From positions 742,509-806,508 of the forward strand of contig CAZQUL010000001.1 of NCBI GenBank assembly GCA_964596525.1: a DNA stretch of 64,000 bases, read 5' to 3'. Positions within the stretch are counted from its first letter, which is position 1. Each line of letters begins with the position of its first letter. Made by a program: the position numbers and the translations under genes. A model generated the notes under the pieces. The model was given only the letters and a program-made list of their open reading frames with translations, was not told the DNA's origin and made no database searches. Below, one piece after another: positions 19,688 to 28,808 of this stretch. Source of the DNA: an uncultured Gammaproteobacteria bacterium (GTDB lineage Bacteria > Patescibacteriota > Patescibacteriia > Magasanikbacterales > GWA2-37-8).

Positions 19688-20986
19688 ATGATTTCACTTT
19701 CTTCACTTAAGAATCGTGAGGCCGCCGTCGCAGTCGTCGGTCTCGGATATGTCGGGTTGCCGCTCTCGGTGGCGCTCGCGCCGCACTTTGAGGTTATCGG
19801 TTTCGATATCCGTGCCAACCGCATCGAAGAGCTCAAACGTGCTGACGACGTGACGCTCGAAGTGAGTGTCGAAAAACTTCAGGCTGTAAAAATCGAATTC
19901 ACAACCGATCCCGAAGCGCTCAAACGTGCTCGTGTCATTATCTTGGCCATTCCCACCCCGGTGCGCGAGGGTAATGTGCCGGATTTAACGCTCGTCGAAA
20001 AAGCCACGGCGCTTGTGGGTAAATATCTGCAAAAAGACTCCATCGTCGTGTACGAATCCACGGTTTACCCTGGCGCGACCGAAGAGGTGTGCATTCCCAT
20101 TCTGGAGCGCGAATCTGGCCTTAAAATGGGTGCGGATTTCACCATCGGTTACTCACCCGAGCGCATCAACCCTGGTGACAAAGAACACACCATTGATAAA
20201 ATCACCAAAGTTGTAGCCGGGAGTGATGCGGCGACGCTTGAGGTGCTCACTGGCGTGTATGGTTCTTTCACGCAGATTTTCAAAGCCACTTCCATCAAAG
20301 TCGCTGAAGCGGCCAAAGTGATCGAAAATACTCAGCGCGATCTTAACATCGCGCTCATGAACGAGCTTACCATCATCTTCGAACGCATGGGTATTAGCAT
20401 TTATGACGTGCTTGCGGCGGCTGGCACCAAGTGGAACTTCCTCAAATTCACGCCCGGACTTGTGGGTGGGCACTGTATCGGGGTCGATCCGTACTACCTC
20501 ACCTTCAAATCCGAAGCGCTCGGGTACCGTCCCGAAGTCATCCTTGCCGGTCGGCGTATTAACGATGGTATGGGCCGCTGGATCATTACCGAAATCATGA
20601 AGCGCATTTCGCGGCTCGGTCATTGTCCCGGGACGCTTAAAGTGAGCATTCTCGGCATGACCTTCAAAGAAAACGTGCCCGATGTGCGCAACTCCAAAGT
20701 CGCGGATCTCTATCACGAACTGCGCTCCTATGGCCTAGAGCCGATCGTGTACGATCCATTAGCGGATGCTGCCGAAGTTAAGCATGAGTACGGCATCGAC
20801 CTCGCGCCGCAAGACGCTTTAGCTGGCTCTGAAGTGGTCATTGTTGCTGTGCCGCACAAACGTATCAAAGACCAATGGCCGGAGCTTAAAAAGCTATTTG
20901 CTGGTGCAGCTTTTGTCGCTGATATAAAACACACGCTTACGCCCGAAGACATGGCTGGTTTGAAGGCGCAGTATTGGACCTTGTAA
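19688..20986 (+). CDS. UDP-N-acetylhexosamine 6-dehydrogenase (WbpO/TviB-like)
   Basis: VGLGYVGLP, YESTVYPG, YSPERINPGD, VGGHCIGVDPYYL. Confidence 0.92.
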   Translation: MISLSSLKNREAAVAVVGLGYVGLPLSVALAPHFEVIGFDIRANRIEELKRADDVTLEVSVEKLQAVKIEFTTDPEALKRARVIILAIPTPVREGNVPDLTLVEKATALVGKYLQKDSIVVYESTVYPGATEEVCIPILERESGLKMGADFTIGYSPERINPGDKEHTIDKITKVVAGSDAATLEVLTGVYGSFTQIFKATSIKVAEAAKVIENTQRDLNIALMNELTIIFERMGISIYDVLAAAGTKWNFLKFTPGLVGGHCIGVDPYYLTFKSEALGYRPEVILAGRRINDGMGRWIITEIMKRISRLGHCPGTLKVSILGMTFKENVPDVRNSKVADLYHELRSYGLEPIVYDPLADAAEVKHEYGIDLAPQDALAGSEVVIVAVPHKRIKDQWPELKKLFAGAAFVADIKHTLTPEDMAGLKAQYWTL

Positions 20987-21006
20987 AAATAATCATCAAT
21001 AAAAAA

Positions 21007-21038
21007 TCAAAAACACCCCGTTCACGAGGTGTTTTTGA
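21007..21038. terminator. Bidirectional intrinsic terminator
   Basis: TCAAAAACACC...GGTGTTTTTGA inverted repeat between convergent genes. Confidence 0.7.
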
Positions 21039-21081
21039 ATAGTCCCGAGCGAATCGGGACAATAATGGAAACGCTGTTTGC

Positions 21082-21888
21082 CTAACCCGGCGTTACCGGT
21101 GGAAGCTCGCTGTATGCGTCAAGGGCGACGCTGGCCAGGATGAGCTGTTCGGTCTTCAATGCCGAATCCCTCTTTAATTTTTTCCAACCACCGAACAAGA
21201 AATCGATCTTGGCGATCTCTGCGGCCGAAAGTATGGCTAGTAGATCCAGCCAACCCGCTGGCGGTTCGTAGTCAGGCATGCCTTTTTTGATAATGTTTGC
21301 TCCTAGGCGTAGGTTGCCGATGATTTTGGCGAGCACTTCCCGGCGGAACGCCTGGTATGCATCCAAGAAACGATCGCTGTAAACTTCGCAGATTGTCTCT
21401 TTATCGTCGGTATCTACGATCGGTAGGGCGCCATGAAAGCGGGCGATATCGCCCATGATATCGCTCATGAGCGACCGTGGTTCGCCTTGGTGCCAAGGAA
21501 CGACTGAAACGAACGCAGCTTCGGCCGCGCTCCATTCAAGTGTAGCGATGATTTCTTTCAGTATACCGACATTGTGCCCCTCATCGATATCGAGGCGGAC
21601 GATAACGTCGGGTGCGCCATCTTCGATCGCGAGAATCGCAGTATAGCCGTCGATGAGCGTGTGGGTTAGATGTCGGCGCTCCGCATACTGCACGAGTGGC
21701 ACGATGTCTTCGAGATCCGGCTCTCCAGCGTTGATAAGGTAGTACCGAACATCGATCTTATTGCCGTTCTCGCGATCGGTGTTAAGTTCGGCAACGGCCT
21801 GGTCCAGTCGACCGAAGAAGCGTGCTACCTGGAGCGCGCTCTCGTTGGAGCGCGGGGTCATGACAGCGATGCGTTTGATCGGTTTCAT
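21082..21888 (-). CDS. Highly divergent GT2 (DPM-synthase-like) protein
   Basis: IAVMTPRSNE, INAGEPD, VIVRLDIDEGH and AYQAFRREVL map onto degenerate GT-A motifs; SD AAGGAGG upstream. Confidence 0.55.
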   Translation of the reverse strand: MKPIKRIAVMTPRSNESALQVARFFGRLDQAVAELNTDRENGNKIDVRYYLINAGEPDLEDIVPLVQYAERRHLTHTLIDGYTAILAIEDGAPDVIVRLDIDEGHNVGILKEIIATLEWSAAEAAFVSVVPWHQGEPRSLMSDIMGDIARFHGALPIVDTDDKETICEVYSDRFLDAYQAFRREVLAKIIGNLRLGANIIKKGMPDYEPPAGWLDLLAILSAAEIAKIDFLFGGWKKLKRDSALKTEQLILASVALDAYSELPPVTPG

Positions 21889-21907
21889 GGTCGTTCCCTC
21901 CTTTTCT

Positions 21908-22855
21908 TCATCGTCCTTTGGTTGCGATCAGGATCGCCCCGATCGCCATGATGCAGCCGGCAACGATTCGGCTTTTGAAGCCCTGGCGTTCCTTCAGGAT
22001 GAAGTAGGCCAGGATAATCGTAAGCGGAATCTGCACGCGTTTGAGCGTCCCTACGTAGGGAACGATCGAATAGCGATAGGCGTAGTTACTGAAAAAGCAC
22101 GCGCCGGCCATAGCAAGGGTGCTCAGCGGTATCTTCCACGTTGTGCCTTCAAGCGGTGCGCCACGGTGTTCGCCGTGTGCAATGCTGATAAGCAGCGTTC
22201 CAAAACTCGCGATCGTCAGGACGCAGGCCATACCGAACGCGACGTTGGCGCGACGCGACATGAGTCCGTCGAAGTTGAGGCTGACGCTGCTGATCATGGC
22301 AGCGACAAAAGCAGCGCGTACACCCGGGCTTTTACCTAACACAAGAAACGGTGCGAACCAGATGCGTAGTTCCCGTTGCCAGCGCAACATGTCGTCTGTC
22401 GTGACTTTTTCGGCGAGCTTGGCTTTCACTTCGCCGATGTTGAGCGTGTAGGTGCCGATGATGAGAAGCCAGATGCCGAGCCAGCCTAAGCGTGTTGGAT
22501 ATTCACCGAGAATGATAAAACTGGTGAAGATTACCACGCCCGGTGTGGTCGAAGCAATCGGTGTCACGAGTGAGAGATTTTCGAGTGCCCTGGCACGCAT
22601 CCAACAATATGAGATTCCAACGTTAAGCACTCCGGTTATGAGCATAGGCACCACGAAGCCTCTTTCAATCTGTGCGCCGCCGGTTAAATAGGCGACGCAA
22701 AACAGAATGAGCGCTGCGCCGCCTTGCTGAATCGTGTTAAGAAGATTGCTGCAGGTCTTCCATTCTCCGTTTTGGAGTGTTTTAGTAACAATGTTGTAGG
22801 AGGCGAGGCAAAGGGCTCCGCCTAGCACCAAAAGAATGGCTCGGTGGTCCATCAT
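21908..22855 (-). CDS. EamA/DMT family transporter
   Basis: Two ~5-TM repeats: SLVTPIASTTP...ILGE and ILAYFILKE. Confidence 0.85.
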   Translation of the reverse strand: MMDHRAILLVLGGALCLASYNIVTKTLQNGEWKTCSNLLNTIQQGGAALILFCVAYLTGGAQIERGFVVPMLITGVLNVGISYCWMRARALENLSLVTPIASTTPGVVIFTSFIILGEYPTRLGWLGIWLLIIGTYTLNIGEVKAKLAEKVTTDDMLRWQRELRIWFAPFLVLGKSPGVRAAFVAAMISSVSLNFDGLMSRRANVAFGMACVLTIASFGTLLISIAHGEHRGAPLEGTTWKIPLSTLAMAGACFFSNYAYRYSIVPYVGTLKRVQIPLTIILAYFILKERQGFKSRIVAGCIMAIGAILIATKGR

Positions 22856-23046
22856 TTTTCCTTTGTCAACGTGCTGGTATCTCCATCTTTCGTCCGTGAA
22901 GATCTGTGTGTCGTTGCCGAAAGATGGTAAAAATACAGCGTACTCTAGCGCGTCCAAAGCTTTTTGTCAATGAACAGATGCTGCGTAAACGTTGCGTTCT
23001 TACCGTTTTTTAGGTTAAGCTAGAGTCCTAATTGCTTTTTTGGTGT

Positions 23047-23961
23047 ATGTCTCACTACGTCGTTACCGGCGGTGCCGGTTTTATTGGTACTAACTTAGTT
23101 AAACGCCTCCTGGACGACGGTCACCGCGTCCGCGTGGTCGACACTTTTGCGGGTGGTAAATTCCCCGATCGCATCCAAAGCGGAGCAGAATACCTGGAAA
23201 TCGATATCCGGGCGACGGATAAGCTGCGTGAAGTATTTCACGGTATCGATGGTGTGTTTCATTTGGCCGCTCTGCCGCGCGTGCTGTTTTCGGTTGAGCA
23301 TCCGGCCGAAACGCACGATGTCAATGTTAACGGCACTTTGAGCGTCCTTCTTGCCGCTCGTGATGCGAAGGTAAAACGCGTTGTCTTTGCCACATCGTCG
23401 TCGGCTTATGGCGATCAGACCGTCTATCCGCTTAAAGAAGAAGGGGTGGTTAAAAAACCACTCAGCCCCTACGGATTACACAAACTTATCGGCGAAGAAT
23501 ACTGCCGTGTATTTGCCGCACTCTATCCGCTCGAAACTGTATCGCTCTGCTACTTCAATGTCTACGGCCCGCACTTTGACCCGAACGGTCCGTACGCGCT
23601 CGTCATCGGCAAATTCATCTCGCAACGCTTGCAAAATCAACCCATGACAGTCCGTGGCGACGGCGAATTTTACCGCGATTACACGCATGTCTCGGACGTG
23701 GCGACGGCAACTTTTCTTGCCATGACCAAAGATACAGTCGGCAAGGGCGAGGTTATCAATGTCGGCTACGGTGAACCGCATTCAGTAAACGAACTCGTCA
23801 AACTTATCGGTGGCGAACATACGTTCGTGCCGTCTCTCCCGGGTGAAATGAAATTTACCCATGCAGACAATTCCAAAGCCCGTGCACTACTTGGATGGGA
23901 ACCAAAAGTTTCTCTTGCTCAAGGTGTCGCTGAGCTTAAAAAAATGTACGGATTGGAATAA
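23047..23961 (+). CDS. NAD-dependent epimerase (WbpP/UDP-GlcNAc 4-epimerase-like)
   Basis: VTGGAGFIG, SPYGLHK (YxxxK), YFNVYGP. Confidence 0.9.
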   Translation: MSHYVVTGGAGFIGTNLVKRLLDDGHRVRVVDTFAGGKFPDRIQSGAEYLEIDIRATDKLREVFHGIDGVFHLAALPRVLFSVEHPAETHDVNVNGTLSVLLAARDAKVKRVVFATSSSAYGDQTVYPLKEEGVVKKPLSPYGLHKLIGEEYCRVFAALYPLETVSLCYFNVYGPHFDPNGPYALVIGKFISQRLQNQPMTVRGDGEFYRDYTHVSDVATATFLAMTKDTVGKGEVINVGYGEPHSVNELVKLIGGEHTFVPSLPGEMKFTHADNSKARALLGWEPKVSLAQGVAELKKMYGLE

Positions 23962-23965
23962 TAAT

Positions 23966-24195
23966 CGTTATTGCGAGACTTCGTTACGTCAAGATGAAGC
24001 AGTCTCGAGAACTCGTCATTGCGAGCGCAGCGAAGCAATCCCTTCGTAATTCAAGGCACACTTTGTTATCAAGGGGATTGTCCGCCCGGCACGCCTTCTG
24101 CTGCCATGGCGGATGGGCTTCGTCGCTACGCTCCTCGCAATGACGTACTCCTCAGGTTGGCCTCGTCTCCGTTGCCTCCGGTTCTCCCAGTGACA
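23966..24195. repeat. Nested CGTC-tagged REP-like elements
   Basis: Core 24014-24145 has perfect CGTCATTGCGAG...CTCGCAATGACG ends; outer degenerate ends at 23966 (CGTTATTGCGAG) and ~24184-24195 (CTCCCAGTGACA). Confidence 0.8.
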
Positions 24196-24205
24196 AAATC
24201 TGCAA

Positions 24206-24242
24206 AAATCAAAAAACGGAGGTGAGCTCCGTTTTTTGATTT
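24206..24242. terminator. Bidirectional intrinsic terminator downstream of rpmA
   Basis: AAATCAAAAAACGGAG-GTGAG-CTCCGTTTTTTGATTT. Confidence 0.85.
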
Positions 24243-24251
24243 GGATGCGGG

Positions 24252-24539
24252 TTATTTCTTTTCCGCTTTCACCACGTTGACGAATTTGGTCATTTTTTTC
24301 GTACCATCGAAACGAGTGCGTTTCCTGTTCACGAATTTGACCGTTCCTTCAGCCATGGAGAAAAGGGTGTCATCACCGCCGCGTTCGACGTTGATGCCCG
24401 GGTGGATTTTCGTACCGCGCTGGCGGACGATGACCACGCCCGGTTTGACGATTTCACCGTCGAATTTTTTGATGCCCAGGCGTTTGGCGATCGAATCACG
24501 ACCCAAACTGGTGGAACCACCGGCTTTTTTATGTGCCAT
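24252..24539 (-). CDS. rpmA: 50S ribosomal protein L27
   Basis: [22 protein letters not shown]; IVRQRGTK. Confidence 0.98.
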   Translation of the reverse strand: MAHKKAGGSTSLGRDSIAKRLGIKKFDGEIVKPGVVIVRQRGTKIHPGINVERGGDDTLFSMAEGTVKFVNRKRTRFDGTKKMTKFVNVVKAEKK

Positions 24540-24589
24540 ACGTTAGCTAAACAATGGGTAACGAGTGAAGATTTCTCGAAGATGGGCGT

Positions 24590-24618
24590 AGTATAGGGTT
24601 TAGGGTTTTTTTTGTCAA
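24590..24618 (-). promoter_or_regulatory. sigma70-type promoter of rpmA
   Basis: TTGACA-17 nt-TATACT on the minus strand. Confidence 0.75.
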
Positions 24619-24677
24619 TAGCGGCAGGCTTTAGTATACTGGACAAACACAGCTTATTTTTTCTCACAGTGCCACCT

Positions 24678-25862
24678 ATGGCAGGGCGTTTAGCTAAAAA
24701 ACGTACTATTTACCTTGATCATGCGGCTGGAACGCCGGTCCGGATCGAAGTAATGGCGGCGATGAAGCCGTATTTTAGCGCACGGTATGGTAATCCTTCG
24801 GCTTTGTATGGGGAGGGTGTTGTGGCTCACGAAGCCCTTGAAACGGCTCGTGCCACTATTGCTCGCATTATTCATGCTCAGCCGGAAAACCTTATTTTTA
24901 CCGGTGGGGGAACGGAATCGTGCAATCTGGCTGTTCTTGGTACGGCGCGTCGTCACAGCGCGCAAGGCAAACATATCATTACTACCGCCATCGAGCATCA
25001 TGCTGTTTTAAATAGCTGCCAGGCTCTTGAGCGCGAGGGGTTTGAGGTTACCTACCTTACACCCGATAGTGAAGGTCGTATTTCAGTTGAAGAAGTGCGT
25101 GCGGCTCTGCGCCCGAATACCATTCTTGTCTCGGTGATGATGGCGAACAACGAAATCGGCACCATCGAGCCCGTTGCGGAGATTGGTAAAATGTTGGTGC
25201 GCGAACGTAAAGAAAATGCCACTGCCTATCCGTATTTCCATACCGATGCTTGCCAAGCGGCTGGCTATTTACCTCTTGACGTGGAAAAACTCCACGTTGA
25301 CCTCATGACCGTGAACGCGGGTAAAATGTACGGACCGAAAGGCGTGGGTCTTTTGTATGTGCGCGCTGGCATTGAACTTGAACCGCTCATGTACGGCGGC
25401 GGCCAAGAAATGCATCGGCGTTCCGGTACCGAAAACGTACCGGGTATTGTGGGCTTCGCGCGGGCTTTCGAACTTGCTGACCGAGAAGCAGCTCGTGAGA
25501 CCAAACGCGTAACAACACTAGCCTCCTTTTTTGTCAAAGAACTGCAAAAACGATTTTCTGTTACAGTCAACGGCCCTGCGGTTGGGTCAGAGCGCTTGCC
25601 GAATAATATTAATGTCAGCTTTCCGCACATCGAAGCTGAAACGCTGCTCCTGTACTTGGACAGGTATGGTATAATGGCTGCGACTGGTTCGGCCTGTACG
25701 GCGCGGGCGGTGGATACGTCACACGTGTTACGCGCGATCGGTCTGTCGCCCGATGCAGCGAAGGGGAGCGTGCGGTTTACGCTAGGGAGGGAGAGTAAAA
25801 GAAATGATGTTAACTACGTCATCGCAGTCCTAAAAAAAGTGCTTTTACTTTTAAAACCGTAA
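24678..25862 (+). CDS. iscS: Cysteine desulfurase (IscS/NifS), probable sulfur donor for MnmA
   Basis: YLDHAA, HTDACQ, AGKMYGPKG (PLP Lys), TGSAC. Confidence 0.93.
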   Translation: MAGRLAKKRTIYLDHAAGTPVRIEVMAAMKPYFSARYGNPSALYGEGVVAHEALETARATIARIIHAQPENLIFTGGGTESCNLAVLGTARRHSAQGKHIITTAIEHHAVLNSCQALEREGFEVTYLTPDSEGRISVEEVRAALRPNTILVSVMMANNEIGTIEPVAEIGKMLVRERKENATAYPYFHTDACQAAGYLPLDVEKLHVDLMTVNAGKMYGPKGVGLLYVRAGIELEPLMYGGGQEMHRRSGTENVPGIVGFARAFELADREAARETKRVTTLASFFVKELQKRFSVTVNGPAVGSERLPNNINVSFPHIEAETLLLYLDRYGIMAATGSACTARAVDTSHVLRAIGLSPDAAKGSVRFTLGRESKRNDVNYVIAVLKKVLLLLKP

Positions 25863-25872
25863 TACCATCGGT

Positions 25873-26445
25873 ATGCACGAAACAATGTCCGGAGATTTTT
25901 TAAAGAAAAACCAGACTCCTAAGGCCGAGAAGCGCAGCGAGTTTAGTCAATTTGTGGCTAAGATCGATTCTGATGCAAGCTTGAAAGATATGAGGGCTTC
26001 TCTTGAGAACTATATCCGAGAACATAATATCCAGAGCTTAGATTTGAGTCTTGTCCCGGCCACGCTTATGGATATTCAAGAAACCATTGCGCGTGGCGAG
26101 CTGCCTTCGATGGACCAGTTCGATAGCATTTCCAATGTTGAGCTGGCTAAGAAAATTAAAGACGCGGCAGCTTACGAATTGGCTTTTGCTTTGGGTAAGC
26201 ATGCGTCGCTCGAAGCTTTGGTTGGTGCTTTGGGCATGATAAGTGCGTTGAGCGAAGGTACTTTCAGCATTGCTATTGGCGGACCGAAAGTGGATGAAGT
26301 TGCGCGTGAAATTCAGCTTATCGCCAATATGAAGACGCAGGGCAAGAAGATCTTGCGTTCGACTATTGATAATTTGCCTGAAGATTTTGGTTTGCGCGGT
26401 CAGGTTAGTCAGCTGGTTGGCCACGAGCAGGTGCTAGAAGCCTGA
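25873..26445 (+). CDS. Hypothetical protein (helical)
   Basis: 190-aa ORF immediately after iscS with a TATG start. Confidence 0.7.
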   Translation: MHETMSGDFLKKNQTPKAEKRSEFSQFVAKIDSDASLKDMRASLENYIREHNIQSLDLSLVPATLMDIQETIARGELPSMDQFDSISNVELAKKIKDAAAYELAFALGKHASLEALVGALGMISALSEGTFSIAIGGPKVDEVAREIQLIANMKTQGKKILRSTIDNLPEDFGLRGQVSQLVGHEQVLEA

Positions 26446-26535
26446 GTGCCTTCATTTGCTAACATACTCTCTGTCTTAATCAATAAACAGTGTTCTCAAA
26501 ATTCATTTTGCGAATACCTATAAACGTTCAAACAT

Positions 26536-26850
26536 ATGCCCGACGGTTCCGCGCCGCAGCGCCAGATGTACGATGTGGATCTGGCCTGCGATGGCAAGCT
26601 CGATGATGGTTCGCCGTGCCCCGAGCGCATCACGAAGCTGCCCTTCATGCCAACTCCTGGTCGAAAAGTGTACTGTCGCACTCATAATCAAAAAATGCGC
26701 GCTGAGCGCCCACCGACCCAGCGGTTTGTTGGCCCGTGGACTTGCTCGGCATGCGGCGCTACCATCCCTGATCTGCCCTTCCAGCCCCGTTCCACTGAAA
26801 ACCTGCTCTGCCGCGATTGTCTTAATGCTCGCCAACAAAAGGCTGCCTAG
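26536..26850 (+). CDS. Tandem CxxC-x17-CxxC zinc-ribbon domain protein
   Basis: LPFMPTPGRKVYCRTH and CSACG..LPFQPRS..LLCRDC. Confidence 0.85.
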   Translation: MPDGSAPQRQMYDVDLACDGKLDDGSPCPERITKLPFMPTPGRKVYCRTHNQKMRAERPPTQRFVGPWTCSACGATIPDLPFQPRSTENLLCRDCLNARQQKAA

Positions 26851-26868
26851 TACATACTTTGTTGCTTT

Positions 26869-26899
26869 TCAATAAGAGGACTCCCGGTCCTCTTATTGA
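26869..26899 (+). terminator. Intrinsic terminator
   Basis: TCAATAAGAGGAC...GTCCTCTTATTGA followed by a T-run. Confidence 0.8.
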
Positions 26900-26938
26900 T
26901 TTTTTCGCTCATATACGGTATAATGCGCGGTACTTAGT

Positions 26939-28054
26939 ATGAAAAAACCCTCGTCAAAAATTCTTGTCGCTCTCTCAGGTGGTGTTGACTCAGCGGTCGC
27001 GGCCGCTCTTTTGGTGCGCGCAGGCCATGATGTAACGGCGGCCTACATGGTCAACTACGAAGGGAAAAACGAACGCGGCGAAGAATGCTTCGTGAGCGAA
27101 TATCGCGATGCGGTGCGGGTTGCGGCTGCACTCGGCATTCCCATCCTTAAATGGAATTTTGCCGCTGAATACCGTCGCGACGTTCTCGCGTATATGTACC
27201 GCGAATACGAAGCGGGTCGTACCCCCAATCCCGACGTGCTCTGCAATAAGTTCGTTAAATTTGGCGCCTGGCTCAAACGTGCTCGCGGCGAAGGATTCGA
27301 TTTTCTCGCGACTGGTCATTACGCCCGCCTTTCGGCCGATCATTCACTGCTTCAAGCTAAAGATTCGAACAAAGACCAAACATATTTTCTTTCCCAGCTG
27401 AGCCGTGACCAACTCCTGCATGTGTTGTTTCCGGTCGGCGACTATACCAAGCCCGAAGTGCGTGCTCTGGCCGAAAAATTCAAGCTGCCGGTCGCAACCA
27501 AAGAAGAAAGTATGGGTATTTGTTTTATCGGCGAGGTGCCAATGAAGCAATTTTTGCAAGAACGCATCAAACCGAATCCAGGCAACATTGTTCTTTCGTC
27601 CGGTGAAATCATCGGTCAGCATGACGGGTTGGCGTTTTATACCATCGGCCAGCGCCACCTTGGCACCCAGTTTAAACGCCCTGCTTCGACCGATAAGCAT
27701 GCTACCGAACCGCTTTATGTTGTTACCAAAAACTACGAACGCAACGAGCTTGTTATCGGTACTGCTACAGATCCGCTTCTCTATACCCAAAATTTTAATG
27801 TCATCGATGTCAATTGGATTGCCGGAGCGCCGCCGCAGTTCCCATTCAATTGCCAGGTACGTTTGCGCCATCGCCAAGAACTCCAGGATTGTACTATTAC
27901 GAACAATACCTTCTCAAACCGCGTGTCCGTCGGAAAACTCGTTTCTGCGGTTTCTGTTTCATGTAATTCTGCGCAACGTGCTGTTACTCCCGGGCAGTTC
28001 GCCGTCTTTTATCATGATGGGAAGTGTCTTGGTGGCGGCGTTATCACGGTCTAA
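26939..28054 (+). CDS. mnmA: tRNA-specific 2-thiouridylase
   Basis: LSGGVDS, TPNPDVLCNKFVKF, ATGHYAR, KDQTYFL, AVTPGQ. Confidence 0.97.
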   Translation: MKKPSSKILVALSGGVDSAVAAALLVRAGHDVTAAYMVNYEGKNERGEECFVSEYRDAVRVAAALGIPILKWNFAAEYRRDVLAYMYREYEAGRTPNPDVLCNKFVKFGAWLKRARGEGFDFLATGHYARLSADHSLLQAKDSNKDQTYFLSQLSRDQLLHVLFPVGDYTKPEVRALAEKFKLPVATKEESMGICFIGEVPMKQFLQERIKPNPGNIVLSSGEIIGQHDGLAFYTIGQRHLGTQFKRPASTDKHATEPLYVVTKNYERNELVIGTATDPLLYTQNFNVIDVNWIAGAPPQFPFNCQVRLRHRQELQDCTITNNTFSNRVSVGKLVSAVSVSCNSAQRAVTPGQFAVFYHDGKCLGGGVITV

Positions 28055-28099
28055 ATAAAAAGCCTTTTACCCGATGGTATCTCGAGAAAAGGCGGAAAA

Positions 28100-28636
28100 T
28101 TAGTCGGTTACCCCGGACGACTCAAAAACTTCCGAAGGGGCGGCGCTAACGGTAGCTACATGCAACGGAAAGACCGAACCATCCAGAAAATATGAGGCTG
28201 GGTCCATATGCGCAAGCCGGGAAAGAGCGTTAATGATCCGCCGGCTGCTTGCGTTCGGTTGGTTGATGGTTAAAAGAATGATAAGCGCGCGCTGGGAGTG
28301 CAGGATATGGAGGACCGCCAAGCAGACTTTGGCTGGCGGAGAAACGCGCTGCGCGTCATAGGTCTTTAAAGGTGCTGGCCGGTCACCGAGTCGGCGCCAG
28401 AGTTCTTGGATGATGAGGTTGGCAAGCTCAAGTGTAGTTGTGGCGATTTTTTGCAGTTGGTCGATGTCGAGTGTCAAAACAGTCCCGCCGCCCTGCAAAA
28501 GGCGCAAGCAGGTGCCGGTTAAGCCGGTGATCATAGCCAAATCGACGCCCGGCGGGGTTTGCAGATGAGTGCAACCGTTGCTCACCAGCGCGTCCATGAT
28601 TTCTACTATTTGTGCTGCTGCGTTATGGACGTACAT
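28100..28636 (-). CDS. Orphan hypothetical protein (SD-led unit)
   Basis: AAGGAGG upstream of ATG; TTGACA(28720-28715)-17-TACGCT promoter; downstream hairpin. Confidence 0.65.
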   Translation of the reverse strand: MYVHNAAAQIVEIMDALVSNGCTHLQTPPGVDLAMITGLTGTCLRLLQGGGTVLTLDIDQLQKIATTTLELANLIIQELWRRLGDRPAPLKTYDAQRVSPPAKVCLAVLHILHSQRALIILLTINQPNASSRRIINALSRLAHMDPASYFLDGSVFPLHVATVSAAPSEVFESSGVTD

Positions 28637-28808
28637 GACGCCCTCCTTACTTCGTTTTGCTCAGCTTCGCGTTTCAGGACTTCTTTATACGAGCGTAGTC
28701 CGAGAAAAATAGACTGTCAAGTTTTTATGGGTTTTTTAACCCATCGCGCCATCTTGTCAGAATTGTGCGTGTTGTTACACTGAGAATATAATTTCTTAAA
28801 ATCGAGGT

